Shown here piece after piece: positions 1 to 64,000 of a DNA stretch of 64,000 nt. Position numbers and translations under genes: made by a program. The first letter of the stretch is position 1; each line of letters starts with the position of its first letter. Origin of the DNA: Eledone cirrhosa (taxonomy: Eukaryota); assembly GCA_964016885.1 (NCBI GenBank), contig OZ024759.1, forward strand, positions 23,374,001 through 23,438,000, written 5' to 3'. Below the pieces are notes generated by a model. That model did no database searches, was not told the origin of the DNA, and saw nothing but the letters and a program-made list of their open reading frames with translations.

Positions 1-63238
<63,238 letters not shown>

Positions 63239-63339
63239 CTAATTAATAAACAATAATTAACAAATAATTACCAATATTGATTGTGTTATTATATTGATTG
63301 ATACAAAGACACATATTTATTATTCGGGAAATATACAAT

Positions 63340-63691
63340 ATATGAAGAACGGCTGAACATTTCATAAGCTGACTATGAAGGATTGATGCTAGAGCTGTGA
63401 AATCTTGCATGCATTAATTTGAACTCTTCTTATTAATAGCTGCATTGTTTCTTTCCAGGGACTATGTTGAAAAATAAAACTCATTTGGTCATTCCATGAG
63501 AATATCTTGGTCATAGGCTGACTATGAAGGATTGATGTTAGAGCTGTGAAATCTTGCATGCATTAATTTCAACTCTTTATCTTAATAACTACACTTTTTC
63601 ATTCTAGACACTATGTTGAAAAATAAAACTCATTTGGTCATTCTACGAGAGTATCTTGGTCAGCCTATGAACTTTTCGGCTGACCCTCATA
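63340..63691. mobile_element. Mariner-type MITE with an internal tandem duplication
   Basis: TATGAAGAACGGCTGAACATTTCATA...TATGAACTTTTCGGCTGACCCTCATA; ~150-bp core present twice. Confidence 0.65.
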
Positions 63692-64000
63692 CATGGCTGA
63701 GATAGCACTAACACAGTGTGATTCAGACTAAAGACATACATGGATCCATATGTAATATGTTTATATGTAGACATACATTTACTGTGGGTAAATACATGTA
63801 TCCATAATTGATTGACAGGATCCCAGACTTTGTCAAATCGGACCAAGGAAACAATGTTTCCATTGTTCTTTCCAATTGCTAATACTATCTACCAGTTGCA
63901 AATCCAGGCAGAAGGAGCAATGTGAAATAAAGTGTCTTGCTCAAGGACATGACATATCGCTCAATCCAGCAATTGAACTCACAATCTAACGATTGCGAAT

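Overview
AT-rich, microsatellite- and SINE-dense animal genomic DNA; the repeat families suggest an octopus or related cephalopod (inference). The whole window lies inside one large minus-strand gene whose start and stop are outside it. I traced 46 GT-AG exons by eye (about 8.76 kb, about 2,920 codons, no stops, all intron phases compatible). They form a tandemly repeated 16-exon cassette encoding about 1,020 aa: VWD (SINDPHMTTFD...GLCG), Cys-rich linker, EGF, IPT-like, short Cys motif, LamG/ConA-like, then Ig-like domains. Two cassettes are complete and two partial, so the product is a giant multi-module VWDE-like extracellular protein. Introns hold tRNA-derived SINEs, RTE, R4/Dong and Tx1-like LINE fragments, a DD37D (maT) transposon remnant, hAT/mariner/pogo/piggyBac-type MITEs, minisatellites, and many long palindromes and minimal hammerhead-ribozyme motifs of the Penelope type. 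Exon coordinates were read by hand; repeat boundaries are approximate.
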